Assembly: GCA_965205015.1 (NCBI GenBank)
Contig: OZ242029.1
Coordinates: forward strand, 3,776,001 to 3,840,000
Source of the DNA: Candidatus Poribacteria bacterium
GTDB taxonomy: Bacteria > Poribacteria > WGA-4E > WGA-3G
Reading direction: 5' to 3'
Length of the DNA stretch: 64,000 bases
Shown piece by piece: positions 1 through 9,916 of the stretch. A program made the position numbers and the translations under genes. The notes under the pieces were generated by a model. The model did not search any database. It was not told the origin of the DNA and saw only the letters and a program-made list of their open reading frames with translations. Within the stretch, counting starts at the first letter, position 1. Each line of letters opens with the position of its first letter.

Positions 1-367
1 CCTCTCCGACGGGGAAGGTGTATGCGTTATCACCGTGGTAGCCGTCGATGCTGACAGCCGTGTCAATCCCGATGATGTCTCCTTCCTGTAGCACTTCCTT
101 TGAATCTGGAATCCCGTGGATGACGATATCGTTCATCGAGACACATATTGTGGCGGGATAAGGCGCATGCTCCGGGAGTTGGTAGCCTAAAAAGGAAGAT
201 GTGGCGTTGACTTCGGCGATTGTATCGCGCGAGATGCGTTCCAAGTCGGCAGTGGATACCCCCGGTGTGATAGCCTCGCCAATGCGCTTCAGCACCGTCG
301 CTGCTGCTTTGCCGCTCCGCTTCATCTTCTCAATTTCGACTTTGCTCTTGATTCTAACTTTGTCCAT
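1..367 (-). CDS. map: Type I methionine aminopeptidase (3' end runs off the window)
   Basis: Manual translation of the - strand: MDKVRIKSKVEIEKMKRSGK...SSFLGY...YPATICVSMNDIVIHGIP...LQEGDIIGIDTAVSIDGYHGDNAYTFPVG. ATG overlaps the miaB stop (TAATG). Not in the ORF track. Confidence 0.93.
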   Translation of the reverse strand, partial: MDKVRIKSKVEIEKMKRSGKAAATVLKRIGEAITPGVSTADLERISRDTIAEVNATSSFLGYQLPEHAPYPATICVSMNDIVIHGIPDSKEVLQEGDIIGIDTAVSIDGYHGDNAYTFPVGE

Positions 368-1812
368 TAGATTACCTGTCCAATTAAGGTATGTGCTGTT
401 GTGCTGTGAACGCGAACGTTTACAATTTCACCGATGTGGCTGTCTGCTTTAGGGAATACAGTCGTCTTGAAACCGTCCGTTTTTCCGTGGTATCTATCCG
501 CATCGCGACGGGATTCGCCTTCCACAAGCACAGTGACGGTATCACCGACTACAGCCTTGTTGATGTCGGCGGAAATGTTCTCTTGAAGTTCAATAATCTG
601 TTTGAGACGTTCTCCCTTTACTGCTTCAGGCACATCATCGGGTAGGGCTCTGTGGGCGAGTGTTCCCTCACGCTCGGAATACTTGAACATGAACGCTGAA
701 TCGTATCGGATATCTGTCATCATCTGATAGGTTTCCATGAACTCCTCATCGGTTTCGCCACAAAAGCCGACAATAATATCGGTTGTGAGGGAAATGTCAG
801 GGATGCGTTCACGGAGTTTTGAGACGAGTGCCCGGTACTCTTCGGCTGTATAGGTTCGACGCATCCGCGCAAGGACCTCGGTTGAACCGGACTGTAGGGG
901 GAGGTGCAGATGCTTACAGACGGCTGGTGAATTCGCCATTGCATCAATCATACTGTCGGTCGCGTCTGCGGGGTGTGGCGAGGTAAATCGCACGCGTTCC
1001 AAACCCTTCACTTCGCCGATAACGTAGAGAAGATCTCCGAAATCAGCCCCATTGTCTCGGTAGGAGTTGACGGTTTGTCCAAGAAGCACGACCTCTTTGA
1101 ACCCTTGGTCAACGAGTTTTTCGACATCTTCAACGAGAAGTTTTAGCGGGAGGCTGCGTTCTCTGCCGCGAACGAAAGGGACGATGCAGAAGGTACACAT
1201 CTTGTCGCATCCGCGCTGAATGGTGAGCCACGCCCGAATCCCCTCTTTTCGGATGGGCGCGATGTCGGCGTAATCCTCGTTTTTATCCAACCGTAACCCG
1301 ACAAATGGGTCGCGATCCGTCAAGGAGACATGCGATTCGACATCACGTGCCAAGGCGTCCAAAGCCGTCGGCAGATTCCGGTACGCGTCCGGGCCCATGA
1401 CGAGATCGACATAAGGGGCAGCATCCAAGAGTCGGTCGCGGAGGTGTTGTGCCATACAACCGCAGACGCCAATAATGAGTTCCGGGTGGCGACGTTTCCG
1501 GTGGTTCAGCTGCTTCAGCCGATTAATCACTTTCGTTTCGGCGTTTTCCCGGATCGCGCAAGTGTTGACGAGGACGACATCCGCATCGTCGAGGTGTGGA
1601 ACGGTCTGGTGTCCACTTTTCGTCAAAATGCCTGCCATCAGTTCGCTGTCGCTGACGTTCATCTGACACCCGTAGGTTTCGATGTAAACACGCCGGGCAT
1701 GTGCCGGTATTGCCCCAGAAGCACTTTCGTCTTGTGGGACCTGTGGCGGTGGATGTGGTGCGTCTGCGATGTCGTTTTTATTGTAGAGTGGGAAAAGCGT
1801 ATCGTTTTTCAT
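367..1812 (-). CDS. miaB: tRNA-2-methylthio-N6-dimethylallyladenosine synthase (radical SAM methylthiotransferase)
   Basis: UPF0004 motifs TYGCQMN, NTCAIRE and GVCGCMAQ; CxxxCxxC (CDKMCTFC); DIIVGF; C-terminal TRAM domain. Confidence 0.95.
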   Translation of the reverse strand: MKNDTLFPLYNKNDIADAPHPPPQVPQDESASGAIPAHARRVYIETYGCQMNVSDSELMAGILTKSGHQTVPHLDDADVVLVNTCAIRENAETKVINRLKQLNHRKRRHPELIIGVCGCMAQHLRDRLLDAAPYVDLVMGPDAYRNLPTALDALARDVESHVSLTDRDPFVGLRLDKNEDYADIAPIRKEGIRAWLTIQRGCDKMCTFCIVPFVRGRERSLPLKLLVEDVEKLVDQGFKEVVLLGQTVNSYRDNGADFGDLLYVIGEVKGLERVRFTSPHPADATDSMIDAMANSPAVCKHLHLPLQSGSTEVLARMRRTYTAEEYRALVSKLRERIPDISLTTDIIVGFCGETDEEFMETYQMMTDIRYDSAFMFKYSEREGTLAHRALPDDVPEAVKGERLKQIIELQENISADINKAVVGDTVTVLVEGESRRDADRYHGKTDGFKTTVFPKADSHIGEIVNVRVHSTTAHTLIGQVI

Positions 1813-1859
1813 TTTTTTTACTATGGGACCTTGGGCTGCCTTCCATAAATTATATCGAC

Positions 1860-2624
1860 TTATCCAATATAATCTTGATGGTATTTCCAGACATCGATCG
1901 TGAAGAGATCGCCTATATACGCGAGAACCCGGTATCTTAGCGTGCGCGTCAATCCGACGTTCACTTTGAACGGAACTGCCTGTGCGAAGAGGTACCCGAA
2001 CGATGCGTCCTCGGCGAGGAACGTCGTTTCACCGTTTGTCGGATGCGGAAAGATAGCGACACCCACAGAACTCTGTTCAGCAGCCGTGATGCCGGAGAGC
2101 GTTCCCCATACCGACCGATTCCCATTCACTTCCGATTCGCCGATGCGTCCGTTTGCATCCGCGGCTTTACGGTACTCCATCTCGGCTGTGTGACATCCAA
2201 GCCCGATGTTACCCGCAAATTCAAGCGAAGTCGTAGGCGCGTACAACGAGACCGCGATGTCCAGCACTTGTGCTTCGGTTTGAGGTGGATGGACATCCGT
2301 GGTGCAAGTTTCTATGAGCAGCGGTTCCGACGCGTTCCAGGTCGTGACGATTGTGAATTTTTCCGAAACGCCTCCGTTCGATGGTTCTCTGGCACGGGTC
2401 AGTGTGTTCGGATCGAGTTGCTCGCCGTTGACGGTTCCCAATGTGAAGCAGATCCCTGGTGGATATTGTCCTTGGGGGTACTCCCCCTCGGTTACCACGC
2501 GTCCATCCGGTGTATAGAGCGGATGAAAATAAGGTGGCTTTTCAAGGTCGCCGTAACAGTAAGTGAGTATCGGTGCCCTGTCTTTTGTAATAGATAATTC
2601 GTTTTTATTCATTTTGTGTATCAT
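1860..2624 (-). CDS. DUF6807 / 'PmoA-family' beta-sandwich hypothetical protein
   Basis: N-terminal PYFHPLYTPDGRVVT and C-terminal GVAIFPHPTN...LRYRVL are typical of this family. Confidence 0.6.
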   Translation of the reverse strand: MIHKMNKNELSITKDRAPILTYCYGDLEKPPYFHPLYTPDGRVVTEGEYPQGQYPPGICFTLGTVNGEQLDPNTLTRAREPSNGGVSEKFTIVTTWNASEPLLIETCTTDVHPPQTEAQVLDIAVSLYAPTTSLEFAGNIGLGCHTAEMEYRKAADANGRIGESEVNGNRSVWGTLSGITAAEQSSVGVAIFPHPTNGETTFLAEDASFGYLFAQAVPFKVNVGLTRTLRYRVLAYIGDLFTIDVWKYHQDYIG

Positions 2625-2649
2625 AAGTTCTTTTATAGAATTATACCAC

Positions 2650-2817
2650 GCATCTTCAGATAATGCAAGTGCGATTTAGCAATCAGCAATCGGTTAACTG
2701 ACAACAGGACTTGCGCAGCATCCTTTGCTGTCGAGGTTTGAAACCTCGACAGCGACGTGTGGGCATCTTCAGATAATGCAAGTGCGATTTAGCAATCAGC
2801 AATCGGTTAACTGACAA
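2650..2817. repeat. Exact 55-bp direct repeat (2650-2704, 2763-2817) flanking a 58-bp insert that contains a perfect palindrome
   Basis: gcatcttcagataatgcaagtgcgatttagcaatcagcaatcggttaactgacaa occurs twice; the insert contains gctgtcgaggttt-g-aaacctcgacagc. Confidence 0.95.
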
Positions 2818-2825
2818 GTAAAAAA

Positions 2826-2855
2826 TTGACAAACGTACAATGGACATGCTAAAAT
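2826..2855 (+). promoter_or_regulatory. Sigma70-like promoter for the PHP hydrolase operon
   Basis: TTGACA-18 nt-TAAAAT with an extended -10 TG. Confidence 0.6.
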
Positions 2856-2935
2856 AAATGTGGATGTCCGAAGTCCATCCTGATATGCATCATCGGTAAA
2901 AATTAAAAACATCATCACCGAATAAGGAGTCATCA

Positions 2936-3811
2936 ATGTTCAACGCGAATCCTTTCCACCAGCCGGGGCAATGGTACCGAGGAAATACACATAGTCACAG
3001 CACAGAGTCCGATGGACAGTTACCCATGTCGGACCGGTTCGCTGCATACCGTGAAGCGGGTTATGATTTTCTGGTGTTGACAGACCATCGTAAAGTCAAC
3101 GATGTGAGCGCTTATAGTACATCAGATTTTTTGGCAATCTCAGGAAGCGAAGTGCATCCGTCGAATCCCTATGGTGGCTCGACGTATCACTTTGTCGCTA
3201 TTAATATTCATGAGACCCTCAATTGTGCGAAGATGCACCCGAACGCGGTGCTCGAAGAAATTAAAGCGCAGGGCGGCGAAGCCGTTTTATGTCATCCGTA
3301 TTGGTCGGGGCATACGATTACAGATTATCTACCCTTGCAGGGTTATTTCGCTATTGAAGTCTACAACGACACCTGTATGGGCATCGGCAAAGGCTTTTCC
3401 GAGCAGGCATGGGATGATCTGTTGGATAGAGGGGGACCTGTTTTGGGCATCGCCTCGGACGATGCACACGGCACCGAACACGACTGCTTCCACGGCTGGA
3501 TTATGGTAAAAGCACAAGAACTGACGATTGAGAGTATCATGGCAGCCCTTCGAACCGGGGCATTCTATTCCACGCTCGGACCCGAAATTGTGGATATGAC
3601 GTTAGCGGGTAACGAACTAACGGTTCAGTGTTCAGAGGCGCAATCAATTGTCTTCAAATCTGAGTGCAGTCGCGGTCGACGGATTCTGCCGCCAGCGGGT
3701 GAACTTTTGACTGAGGCGACATATAGCATTCCGAAAGGCGTAAAATACGTCCGAGTTGAAGTAACAGACGAAACCGGTAAGAAAGCTTGGTCGAACCCGT
3801 TCTTTTTCTAA
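2936..3811 (+). CDS. PHP-domain metallohydrolase (CehA/McbA-like)
   Basis: GNTHSHSTESDG, LTDH, CHPYWSG and SDDAH metal-binding motifs; ends WSNPFF; SD aaggag. Confidence 0.85.
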   Translation: MFNANPFHQPGQWYRGNTHSHSTESDGQLPMSDRFAAYREAGYDFLVLTDHRKVNDVSAYSTSDFLAISGSEVHPSNPYGGSTYHFVAINIHETLNCAKMHPNAVLEEIKAQGGEAVLCHPYWSGHTITDYLPLQGYFAIEVYNDTCMGIGKGFSEQAWDDLLDRGGPVLGIASDDAHGTEHDCFHGWIMVKAQELTIESIMAALRTGAFYSTLGPEIVDMTLAGNELTVQCSEAQSIVFKSECSRGRRILPPAGELLTEATYSIPKGVKYVRVEVTDETGKKAWSNPFFF

Positions 3812-3841
3812 GAGCGTCTTGATGTTTTCGCGGGTGCTGTG

Positions 3842-4870
3842 ATGCAAAACATTCTGGTGTGCCAGACAGGTGGCTGGATCGGGGACATGGTGCTGCTCAC
3901 CCCGGCACTGCGCGCCCTGAAGCACGCGTTCCGTGAATCTCGCCTGGAGCTTCTATTGCGTCCCCGCGTCGCAGATTTAATGGAATCGCACCCTTATGTT
4001 GATGCCTGCATCGTTGATAAAAAAACGGATGGACGCTGCCGATCGCTCATGAGGTTAGTAAGTCGGGTCCGACAGACATCTTTTGACCTTGCTGTCGTAT
4101 TGCATCCGACCTCATTCCGAAACGCTTTGCTACCGTTCCTTACGCGAATTCCAATTCGCGTTGGAACGAACGTTAGTGGACGTGGCATGCTGCTGACGAA
4201 GTCTTGTCGGGATGATACAAGCGTCCATGAGGTACATCGGTACCTACGGGTGCTGCAGCTGCTGGATATTGATACGGCGTCGGATGCTTTGGAATTTTGG
4301 CATACAGACGCTGATCGGCAGTTCATTGAAAATCTCTTGCGTGCTGCAGGTTTTTCACGTAACGATCGGCTCATCGCTGTTAACTTAGGTACAACGTGGC
4401 GGACAAAACGCTGGGACATCGCAAAATTCACCGAGGTTATTCGACGAATTACATGCCTTGTCCCAGAAACGAAAGTCGTCTTAACGGGTTCACCCACTGA
4501 GCAGACACTTACAGAAGCACTACCTGCGTCGTTACCGATCATCAATCTTGTCGGGCAGACGTCGATCCTGCAACTCGGTGCGTTATTAGAGCGGTGTGAA
4601 GTGTGTTTAACCTGTGATAGCGGTCCTATGCACATCGCCGCAGCGGTCGGTACTCCGACGGTAGCCCTCTTCGGTCCGACAGATCCGGTGCGACATCGTC
4701 CTTATGGTGTTGGACATACGGTCATTGAGAAGTCGGTCTCGTGTCGTCCGTGCTATAAGCGGTCGTGTCATCGACAAGACGCACCCCACCTATGCACGCA
4801 AGAGATCGGAATAGATGAAGTCGTAACAGCGGTTGAAACGAGACTGTATCAGAAGGCTTCTGTCGTTTAG
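3842..4870 (+). CDS. waaF: Glycosyltransferase family 9, LPS heptosyltransferase II-like
   Basis: WIGDMVLLTPALRALK, DSGPMHIAAAVGTPTVALFGPT, CRPCYKRSC; start at GTG 3839 or ATG 3842. Confidence 0.75.
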   Translation: MQNILVCQTGGWIGDMVLLTPALRALKHAFRESRLELLLRPRVADLMESHPYVDACIVDKKTDGRCRSLMRLVSRVRQTSFDLAVVLHPTSFRNALLPFLTRIPIRVGTNVSGRGMLLTKSCRDDTSVHEVHRYLRVLQLLDIDTASDALEFWHTDADRQFIENLLRAAGFSRNDRLIAVNLGTTWRTKRWDIAKFTEVIRRITCLVPETKVVLTGSPTEQTLTEALPASLPIINLVGQTSILQLGALLERCEVCLTCDSGPMHIAAAVGTPTVALFGPTDPVRHRPYGVGHTVIEKSVSCRPCYKRSCHRQDAPHLCTQEIGIDEVVTAVETRLYQKASVV

Positions 4871-4898
4871 ACATAAGATTTATAGAAAAGGAGACTGA

Positions 4899-5648
4899 AT
4901 GAAGGACATCCACGCATTGGTTTTTGATTTCGGAGGCACTTTAGATGGGAATGGTATTCATTGGTTGGAGCGAACGTATCAGTTTATCCACGAACGACAT
5001 CCGGAAATTACGCGTGAGGCGTTCGACGCAGCGGATAGGGCGGCAATAACAGAGTTTGCCTTCGGAGAGGCTTCACATGAGTGGTTTCATCAAGACGGTT
5101 CGATGCTGCCGGTCGGGGCAGTTGCATCTGAGTATGCGGCGCGTTGCACACTACGAGAGACTGCTGACGCCATTGCAGTGGGAATTTATAAGCGGTTGGG
5201 ACTGAGCGAGAAAATGAAAGACGCGTACGTTGATTGGTTCTGTGAGGGTGCCGCTAAAAGTCTTGCAGAGAATCGACGCTGGCTCGAAACACTCCAGGGT
5301 AGCTATCAACTCGCTGTGATTAGTAATAACTTTGGGAATGCCCGCGGGTGGTGCGATGAATATGGACTCTCACCTTTGCTTGAGGTAATTATAGACTCTA
5401 CGGTTTTGGGGATAGCGAAGCCAGACGCTCGCATATTTGAGGCGGCTTTGTCGGAATTGGGGGTTGCGCCGCATCAAGCTGTCTACGTTGGGGATAGTTA
5501 TTCTGCGGATATGGTTGGCGGTAAGAATGCAGGTCTGTGGACAGCGTGGCTTGTTGGGGATCAGATGAAACCGTGTCCAGACGCTTCTATGGTAGATGTT
5601 CGGCTCTCCCATCTACACGAATTGACTCGTTTTCTGGAGGAAAAATAA
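4899..5648 (+). CDS. HAD-superfamily hydrolase
   Basis: FDFGGTLD, ISNN, KPDARIF, YVGDSYSADMVGG. Confidence 0.88.
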   Translation: MKDIHALVFDFGGTLDGNGIHWLERTYQFIHERHPEITREAFDAADRAAITEFAFGEASHEWFHQDGSMLPVGAVASEYAARCTLRETADAIAVGIYKRLGLSEKMKDAYVDWFCEGAAKSLAENRRWLETLQGSYQLAVISNNFGNARGWCDEYGLSPLLEVIIDSTVLGIAKPDARIFEAALSELGVAPHQAVYVGDSYSADMVGGKNAGLWTAWLVGDQMKPCPDASMVDVRLSHLHELTRFLEEK

Positions 5649-5661
5649 AATTTTCAGGAGG

Positions 5662-5690
5662 TAATGGGCAGACCCTCGTTCTGCCCATTA
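5662..5690. terminator. Hairpin between the convergent HAD and lexA genes
   Basis: taatgggcaga-ccctcgt-tctgcccatta, a perfect 11-bp stem. Confidence 0.65.
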
Positions 5691-5718
5691 GATTGTAGTG
5701 TCGGGATATCGGACGTTG

Positions 5719-6384
5719 CTACATCTCTCGATGAAGACCGATGACTTTACCGAGTATCATTATGTCCTTGACATCAAAGAGGCTCGGTTCAATCGTTGGA
5801 TTTTCCGGTTGCAACCGGACTCGGTCGCCATCGATAAAGAAGCGTTTCACTGTTGCTTCGTCTTCAACGAGTGCGACGACAATATCACCTGGATCGGCGT
5901 TTGATTGTCTTCTAACGATAACAAAATCACCTTCTAGAATTCCGACACCGATCATGCTCGATCCGATGATACGGAGTGCAAAGCACTCGTAATCGTTAAG
6001 CATGCGCGTCGGCATTGGAAGCGTTCCTTCAATATTCTGAGATGCGAGCAGCGGTTCACCTGCTGCGACACGTCCAAAGATCGGGATCTCGATGACGTCC
6101 CGTGACACTTCTGCCAAAGCCAGATTCGCGTTTTGCCCTTCCAGCCATTTGCTGGTTGCGAGCTTCGGATCTGCCTCTTTTAAAATGGAAATTGCGCGGG
6201 GTTTACCATCTTCTCGGCTAATATACTTCTTTTTCTCAAGCGCGTTGAGATGGTCATGTGCCGCCTTTTCAGAAAAGCCAAATTGCCGCCCTATCTCGCG
6301 AATCGTCGGTGGGTAGCCTTCCTTGATACGCGTCTGAATATAGTTGAAAATCTCGCGTTGTCTACCCGTCAAGCTCTTTGCCAT
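5719..6384 (-). CDS. lexA: SOS transcriptional repressor LexA
   Basis: LTGRQREIFNYI..GYPPTIREIG winged HTH; VAAG cleavage site; SM serine; TVKR lysine. Start moved to MAKSLT (SD aggag). Confidence 0.95.
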   Translation of the reverse strand: MAKSLTGRQREIFNYIQTRIKEGYPPTIREIGRQFGFSEKAAHDHLNALEKKKYISREDGKPRAISILKEADPKLATSKWLEGQNANLALAEVSRDVIEIPIFGRVAAGEPLLASQNIEGTLPMPTRMLNDYECFALRIIGSSMIGVGILEGDFVIVRRQSNADPGDIVVALVEDEATVKRFFIDGDRVRLQPENPTIEPSLFDVKDIMILGKVIGLHREM

Positions 6385-6561
6385 GATGCTGTCTCCTATG
6401 GTAAGCATTAGTTGATATGTATATATTATCCTATATTCAGTTTTAAAATGCAAGAAAAAAATGAATTTTTTATTTTTCGTTTGAAATTGACGGGTCATTA
6501 GAGAATTGAAACCGAATGGCGTTGTTAACGTCTTAATTCAACTAAAGGAAGAATTTGGAAA

Positions 6562-7215
6562 ATGCAAAGTCTCAATTGGTTTGCACGTTTTTTCGCTAAA
6601 CGCAGCCTTGTTGTTTTGATAATTGTCTCGGTTATGGGTACTATAGGTGTAGGGTTTGCCAAAGAGGAGTCAAAGAAGGTTAAACTTGACGCCGTCGTTA
6701 AGGACTTTACGCTTAAGGATGCCGGTGGCACCTCTCATGCGCTGTATAAACTCAGTGAAGAGAAACCTGCCACAGTCGTTCTGTTCCTTGCCACGCAATG
6801 CCCGATCGCAACGGACTATGCTGAGCGAATCGTTGCCTTAGTCGGGACTTATACTGAAAAGGACGTGCAATTTGTCGGAATAAATTCAAATAAACAGGAG
6901 AAGATCGAAGAGATTACGGAGTACAGTGAGAAGCACGGTTTTGAATTTCCTGTGCTAAAGGATCCGGAGAACAAAATTGCTGATTATTTCGGAGCGAGAA
7001 GAACACCAGAAGTTTTTCTTCTCGACGCGGAACGTGTTTTGCGCTACGCAGGCGCGTTTGACAACAGTCCGAAAGACCCGACGAAACACTATCTCCGAGA
7101 CGCTTTGGAATTCGTAATCAGCGGGGAAGATATTCCAAAGTCATCGAAAAAGACAAGAGCCGTCGGATGTACGATTAAGCGAGTTCGGAAAACGGATGTA
7201 GATAGGACACCGTGA
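6562..7215 (+). CDS. Secreted thioredoxin-like / AhpC-TSA family protein
   Basis: Signal peptide; DFTLKD, QCPIA, GINSN, ARRTPEVFLLD, YAGAFD, AVGCTIK. Confidence 0.85.
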   Translation: MQSLNWFARFFAKRSLVVLIIVSVMGTIGVGFAKEESKKVKLDAVVKDFTLKDAGGTSHALYKLSEEKPATVVLFLATQCPIATDYAERIVALVGTYTEKDVQFVGINSNKQEKIEEITEYSEKHGFEFPVLKDPENKIADYFGARRTPEVFLLDAERVLRYAGAFDNSPKDPTKHYLRDALEFVISGEDIPKSSKKTRAVGCTIKRVRKTDVDRTP

Positions 7216-7274
7216 ATTCCAACCGCAACCGTTGAATCTCTTCGTTGCGCCTCACATAGAGGACAAACAAACAA

Positions 7275-9737
7275 ATGCTTCGATTTTTTTATCACCTTTT
7301 TCAGGGAGTGTTAACACTATTTTGGCTTGCAGGGATATGCGTATTTCTGGTGATTTTCGCTGCCATCGGGTTTGCGGGTGGTATGTTGCTGGCGTGTTGG
7401 GAGGATGTCGGCGACATCGACCTATATCGACTTGAATACGATTCCGATATTGAGACGTGGCGGCAGCATCTGGAGGTTTACTCTTCAGCGTGTGAAGTGC
7501 AGGAGACAGATAAGGTCGCGTTTTTGATCGATAAATTGGAACGTTTGGAATACAAGAAGGTCTCGGAACTCATTCCAAGGTTGAGTGCCCCTGGAGAGTA
7601 TGCAGTGGCACAGGATGGAACCGTTCGTATCCATCTGCGGGATTTTGAATATCCGAATCTTGATATAAAGGCGGGACACGTTCGGATTTCAGTGAAGGAT
7701 GGGAAAATAGACGCCATCCGGAATCCGGATAATTCTATGCGTCAGAATTTCTATCTTGAACCGGAAAAAATTGGCGAGTTTGCTGACGACGAAGGTTCCA
7801 CGCGTCGCCTGATTCCGCTACTGCAAATGCCAGACAAGCTCACAGGTGCGTTCACTGCTATTGAGGATCGGCGATTTTTTGAACATTGGGGAATTGATCT
7901 GATACGTCTCACAGGTGCGTTCAAAAACAATTTGTTACACGGTGCTCGTTTGGCGGGGACCAGCACACTGACCCAACAATTGGCACGAAATATCTATCTT
8001 TTCGATCAGCGATCCGACAGAAACGTCATTCGGAAAGCGAGAGAGATACTCCTCGCTGTGAAAATTGAGAAAGCATTCTCTAAGGACGAGATTTTTGAAC
8101 GCTATCTGAACCACGTTGATTTAGGTCGATCGAGGTATGGCGGCAAAACGTATCACGGCGTTCATCAAGCGGCACTTGGATATTTCGGGAAGGAGGTTTC
8201 GGAACTTGACTATCAAGAGTGTGCCTTGCTCGCCGCACTTCCGAAAGGTCCCTACGCGTTTTCGCCCTTTTCCAACCCGGAGAGAGCCCTGCATCGGCGG
8301 AACATCGTACTCGATCAGATGTTTGAGCAGGGGTATATTCCGACTGTATCCGAATGGCGTGCCAGTCGAGGTGCGCCACTCCTCCCGCGAAATCTGTCCA
8401 GAAAAGGGACAAGAACAGCCCTGAAAGAGGCGGGACATTTTCTTGATTATGTCCATGAAGCCCTTGGTCGACTGCCTGAACTGAAACATAATTTGTATAG
8501 TGGTGGGTTGAAAGTTTACACCACGATAGATATGTCCATGCAAACCGTTGCGGAAAGAGAGGTCGCCAAGCATCTCCGCGTAATGGATAAAACATACGGA
8601 GGGCCGAATCTACCCGACTATGATACCAATAAGCGGAATCCACGCATCGATCCGATTGATGGTTACTTGCAGGCGGCACTGATTGCTTATGAACCCGAGA
8701 CAGGGCACATTAAAGCGATGGTCGGTGGTAGGGATTACAATATTACGGCGGATAAGATAAATTTTTATAATCGAGCTGTCGGCAGCGCAAGACGACAGCC
8801 CGGTTCGGCATTTAAGCCGATTATTTTTGCGGCATTGTTAGAAGAGCCCGCTATTGTGACACCCACAACCATTATTGTTGATGAGGCGTGGGGCATACTT
8901 CCGTTCCCTGGACAACCGATGTGGTATCCGCGTAATTATAGTAAATGGTTTAAGGGTAAAGTTACTGTGCGAGATGTGCTTATGAGTTCAATTAACGTGC
9001 CGACAGCGAAAGCGATGTTGGAGACCCCGATAGCCGAAAACGGCAAATGGGAAGGCTTAAATCGTGTTGTGGATTTAAGCAGAAGAATGGGCATTAAAAG
9101 CCCATTGGATCCAGTGCCGGCTCTCTCCTTAGGTTCGTCTGGTGTAACCGTCCTTGAGCTCACCTCGGCGTATGGTATTTTCGCAAACGGTGGTGTCCAG
9201 ACGAAACCGGTGCATATCCAGTACGTGCTGGACACGGCAGGAAAAATTATTTATACTTCTGATAAAAATCAAGATCAGGGGACCGGCGTCTTAGATGAAA
9301 AGGTCGCATATCAGATGACCTCGTTTATGGAGAGTGTGATTCAGAATGGAACGGGTAGGCGCGCGAAACGGATGGGACTGACCCGACCGGCAGCAGGTAA
9401 AACAGGGACTACCAATGACAACGTAGATGCTTGGTTTGTCGGTTATACCGCGGATCTTGTCGTCGGCGTTTGGGTCGGGTTCGATAAGAATCGGTTGAGT
9501 CGCCGTAACTACAATCAGGAAGGGGCGAAAGCAGCACTGCCGATCTGGGCGCAATTTATGATTGATGCCGCCCGGGGTCCAGAAAAACCGTTCCCTGTTC
9601 CGAAGGGTATTGTTTTTCGAGAGATAGATAAAAAGAGTGGGCTCCTCCGAAAAGCAGGCAAATGTCCGGAGGAGAACGTTAGTAGAGAACCCTTCATTGA
9701 AGGACAGCAACCTGAGAAACTTTGCACACTCCATTAG
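7275..9737 (+). CDS. Class A penicillin-binding protein (PBP1A/1B-like; transglycosylase + transpeptidase)
   Basis: EDRRFFEHWG, STLTQQLARN, RKAREI; SAFK (SxxK), SIN (SxN), KTG; N-terminal TM helix. Confidence 0.93.
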   Translation: MLRFFYHLFQGVLTLFWLAGICVFLVIFAAIGFAGGMLLACWEDVGDIDLYRLEYDSDIETWRQHLEVYSSACEVQETDKVAFLIDKLERLEYKKVSELIPRLSAPGEYAVAQDGTVRIHLRDFEYPNLDIKAGHVRISVKDGKIDAIRNPDNSMRQNFYLEPEKIGEFADDEGSTRRLIPLLQMPDKLTGAFTAIEDRRFFEHWGIDLIRLTGAFKNNLLHGARLAGTSTLTQQLARNIYLFDQRSDRNVIRKAREILLAVKIEKAFSKDEIFERYLNHVDLGRSRYGGKTYHGVHQAALGYFGKEVSELDYQECALLAALPKGPYAFSPFSNPERALHRRNIVLDQMFEQGYIPTVSEWRASRGAPLLPRNLSRKGTRTALKEAGHFLDYVHEALGRLPELKHNLYSGGLKVYTTIDMSMQTVAEREVAKHLRVMDKTYGGPNLPDYDTNKRNPRIDPIDGYLQAALIAYEPETGHIKAMVGGRDYNITADKINFYNRAVGSARRQPGSAFKPIIFAALLEEPAIVTPTTIIVDEAWGILPFPGQPMWYPRNYSKWFKGKVTVRDVLMSSINVPTAKAMLETPIAENGKWEGLNRVVDLSRRMGIKSPLDPVPALSLGSSGVTVLELTSAYGIFANGGVQTKPVHIQYVLDTAGKIIYTSDKNQDQGTGVLDEKVAYQMTSFMESVIQNGTGRRAKRMGLTRPAAGKTGTTNDNVDAWFVGYTADLVVGVWVGFDKNRLSRRNYNQEGAKAALPIWAQFMIDAARGPEKPFPVPKGIVFREIDKKSGLLRKAGKCPEENVSREPFIEGQQPEKLCTLH

Positions 9738-9916
9738 TTAGTACCAACGGTATTCAGTCCTACCTCTCCACAAATCTCCCTACACATTTTGGGTGTCGTG
9801 TGGTATACTATATAAGACAGAAAACACAACAGAAACCCTACAAATTTCTTGTCGTCTTGATGTAAACCACCACCGCCAACCGCATATTGCAACTTGACAC
9901 GGAGCAGGGAGCCAAA

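Noticed and set aside
1860-2624. Methane monooxygenase (from the 'PmoA family' label)
   Set aside because: Soluble protein without TM helices and no pmoB/pmoC nearby; the family name is misleading
2650-2817. Repeat-spacer-repeat as a mini CRISPR array
   Set aside because: Only two 55-bp repeats, the palindrome is in the 'spacer' rather than the repeat, and there are no cas genes
6385-6498. N-terminal extension of LexA
   Set aside because: AT-rich promoter region; the SD supports ATG 6384
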